From positions 1 through 61,003 of the forward strand of contig JBDHHQ010000025.1 in assembly GCA_039589315.1 (NCBI GenBank): 61,003 bases of DNA, given 5' to 3'. The stretch is from Gemmatimonadota bacterium. GTDB lineage: Bacteria > Gemmatimonadota > Gemmatimonadetes > Longimicrobiales > Gaopeijiaceae. The notes beneath the pieces were generated by a model, which was not told where the DNA came from, did no database searches, and worked only from the letters and a program-made list of their open reading frames with translations. This document shows positions 58,955 to 61,003 of this stretch, piece after piece. The position numbers and the translations under genes were made by a program. The stretch's first letter is position 1, and each line of letters starts with the position of its first letter.

Positions 58955-60693
58955 AGGAGGGCCCCCGCTCGGAGGTGGACGCCGCTGCAGAGGGCCCCGT
59001 CGATCGTCGCGTCGACCGGCGCCTCTTCCTCAAGCGGATGGGCGCGATCACGGCTGCGGCCGCGGCCGGGACCACCGCCATGCCGCCGACCCGGGCCGAA
59101 GCCGCCCCTCCTCGCTCCTTGGGTCCAGTGCGCCTTCCCGACCCGCGTACCGTACAGGCCGCCGAGATCGAGGATCTGACCTTGGCGGAGGCGGCTTCGC
59201 TCATCCGCGAGGGATCCCTGGCCCCGGTCGAGCTGGTCGAGGCGTATCTGGGTCGGATCTCGGCCCATGACCCGACGCTCGAGGCCTTCAACACGGTCAC
59301 GGCGGAGGCGGCGTTGGACCGGGCCCGCCGGCTGGCTCGTGCGCCCTACCGCGGCCCGCTGCACGGCATCCCATTGGCCATCAAGGACAACTTCTTCACC
59401 CAGGGCGTCGCGACCACTGCCAACTCGCACATCTTCGTCGACTTCGTCCCGTCCTACGACGCGACGTCGTGGGCTCGCCTTCGGGATTCGGGCGCCATAC
59501 TGCTCGGCAAGACCCAGATGGGGCCCCTGGCCACCAGCCGAGCGACCACGCCGGACGGCGAGCGAACCACCGTGAACGCCTGGGCGCCTTTCGACCCGGA
59601 CGTGACCCCGAGCGGGTCATCCAGCGGCTCGGCCACCGCTGTGGCGGCGCGGCTGGCGGCGAGCGCCACGGGGACCCAGACCGGGGGCTCGATCACGGGG
59701 CCCTCCCAGGCCCAGGGCCTCACGGGTCTGAAGCCCACCATGGGCCGCGTGTCACTACACGGCATCATCCCGCTGACGTACACCCGGGACCATCCGGGCC
59801 CGATCGCCCGGGACGCCATGGACGCCGCCATCATGCTCCAGGCCATGGCCGGGCCGGACCCGTTGGACCCCCGTACCGCGAGCCAACCCGACCTGCCCGA
59901 TCTGGTGCGTGCTGCCACCCCCTTCGAGCTGCGGGGTCGGACCCACGTGCGCTGGGCAACCACGATCGGGGTCATGCCCGGCTACCTCGGGGAGCCGGAG
60001 CCTCCCTCGGAAGAGGAGCTGGCGCAGCAGGATGCGCAGCAGCGGGCCCAGCGCATGAGGTCACACGCCCACGAGATACAGTCCATCGATCTCCGCCGTG
60101 AGATGCTCTCCCGCTTCGAGACGCTGGGAGCGCGCGTCGTGGAGGTGGAGATGCCCGAGGACTGGGACACCCTGACGAGCCGATCCTTCAACAACGTGCG
60201 GCTGCCGGAGCGGTCCGAGCCCTTCCTCCGCTATCTCCGGGAGGACGTACGCCTCTTCGGTGTCTCCCTCTCTCCCTGGATCAACGGCTTGCTCCTGTCG
60301 GGAACCGAGTACCTTCGGGGCCAGCGGGCGAAGCTGTTGCTCCTGGAACGCGTCCTGGATGGCCTCTTTGACCAGTGCGACGTGGTCGTCCAGACCGAGC
60401 CTTTTCCCTTTGACATGATCGGCTTGCCTCTGATCGCCTTCCCCATCGGCTTCGAGAGCGCGTCGGCGGGAGTGGAGCGGCCGGTGGGCGCCATGTTGGG
60501 TGGTCAGCCCTACGCGGAAGACCGGCTTCTGGGGTTGGCCGCAGCCTATCAGGCCGAGACGGACTGGCATCGGCAGCGGCCACCGGAGCCTGTGAGGCCG
60601 GACCGGGGGCGCCCGGGTCTCCCGCCCGCCGGGTCCGCAGGGGAGGGCCCGGGCCGTCTCGACCTGGAGACCGTCATGGAGCACGGAGAGTAG
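58951..60693 (+). CDS. Tat-exported amidase-signature enzyme
   Basis: DRRLFLK Tat motif; GPLHGIPLAIKD, PSGSSSGS, GTQTGGSI, GLKPTMGRV. Confidence 0.9.
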   Translation: MKEGPRSEVDAAAEGPVDRRVDRRLFLKRMGAITAAAAAGTTAMPPTRAEAAPPRSLGPVRLPDPRTVQAAEIEDLTLAEAASLIREGSLAPVELVEAYLGRISAHDPTLEAFNTVTAEAALDRARRLARAPYRGPLHGIPLAIKDNFFTQGVATTANSHIFVDFVPSYDATSWARLRDSGAILLGKTQMGPLATSRATTPDGERTTVNAWAPFDPDVTPSGSSSGSATAVAARLAASATGTQTGGSITGPSQAQGLTGLKPTMGRVSLHGIIPLTYTRDHPGPIARDAMDAAIMLQAMAGPDPLDPRTASQPDLPDLVRAATPFELRGRTHVRWATTIGVMPGYLGEPEPPSEEELAQQDAQQRAQRMRSHAHEIQSIDLRREMLSRFETLGARVVEVEMPEDWDTLTSRSFNNVRLPERSEPFLRYLREDVRLFGVSLSPWINGLLLSGTEYLRGQRAKLLLLERVLDGLFDQCDVVVQTEPFPFDMIGLPLIAFPIGFESASAGVERPVGAMLGGQPYAEDRLLGLAAAYQAETDWHRQRPPEPVRPDRGRPGLPPAGSAGEGPGRLDLETVMEHGE

Positions 60694-61003
60694 CGGCTTC
60701 GCGCGAGGCACCGCGTCCTCACCCGGGACCGACTCCCCTCCTCGATCCGGCCGAAGGTGCCTGTAGACATCCAGTGGGTCGCGTCCGGTCCCCGGCGTCC
60801 GGCGGTCCGGGTCATCCGTGAGAAGGCCGGAGGGGGGAACCGGTTGTTCGAATCGCCGACTGGCTCCACTATGCAAGAACGGGCCGTCCCCACGACTACG
60901 ATTGGGGCTGTGACACCAGCAGCCCGCCCCTGGTCCTGGCGGTTGCCGACGACGGGACCGACACGGAGGGAGCCGGCTGAGCCGGTCCTGACCGCTCTCC
61001 GTT

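Noticed and set aside
60694..61003. Possible gene start at the window end (ATG 60871)
   Set aside because: Too short, with no recognisable motif or RBS.
1..61003. CRISPR arrays, tRNA/rRNA, IS elements, riboswitches
   Set aside because: No spaced repeats, cloverleafs, transposase motifs or recognisable aptamers seen by eye; a covariance-model scan would be needed to exclude small RNAs.

Overview
A gene-dense, very GC-rich bacterial chromosomal segment with about 45 CDS. The expanded TolB-like/TPR proteins, M14/M19/M24 peptidases and amidohydrolases suggest Gemmatimonadota; this taxonomy is an inference. I found no rRNA, tRNA, CRISPR array or mobile element. Main blocks: (1) 1-9034, a co-oriented cluster of class III cyclase-TPR, YjiK/SdiA-regulated propeller, kinase-like/Omp85 barrel fusion, SixA, PPK1 and a Pycsar-effector-like (DUF5706) membrane protein. 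(2) 9-20 kb: Fpg-like glycosylase, PilZ, Wzi-like barrel, an unusual two-domain fusion, a membrane-anchored phage-fibre-like protein, tandem MBL-fold proteins and an M14 peptidase. (3) TRAP transporter plus serine/alanine-glyoxylate aminotransferase, divergent from a GlcD/GlcF-like oxidoreductase. (4) A peptide uptake/hydrolysis operon. (5) 38985-43395, a probable ceramide/sphingolipid operon (spt, bCerS-like GNAT, CerR-like SDR, Aur1/IPC-synthase-like PAP2). (6) Dispersed genes of a 3-ketoglycoside oxidation-elimination pathway, interleaved with TPR membrane proteins (one frameshifted), a diheme cytochrome c and a Tat amidase. All family calls come from motif recognition by eye, not from database searches; several start codons are my best estimates.
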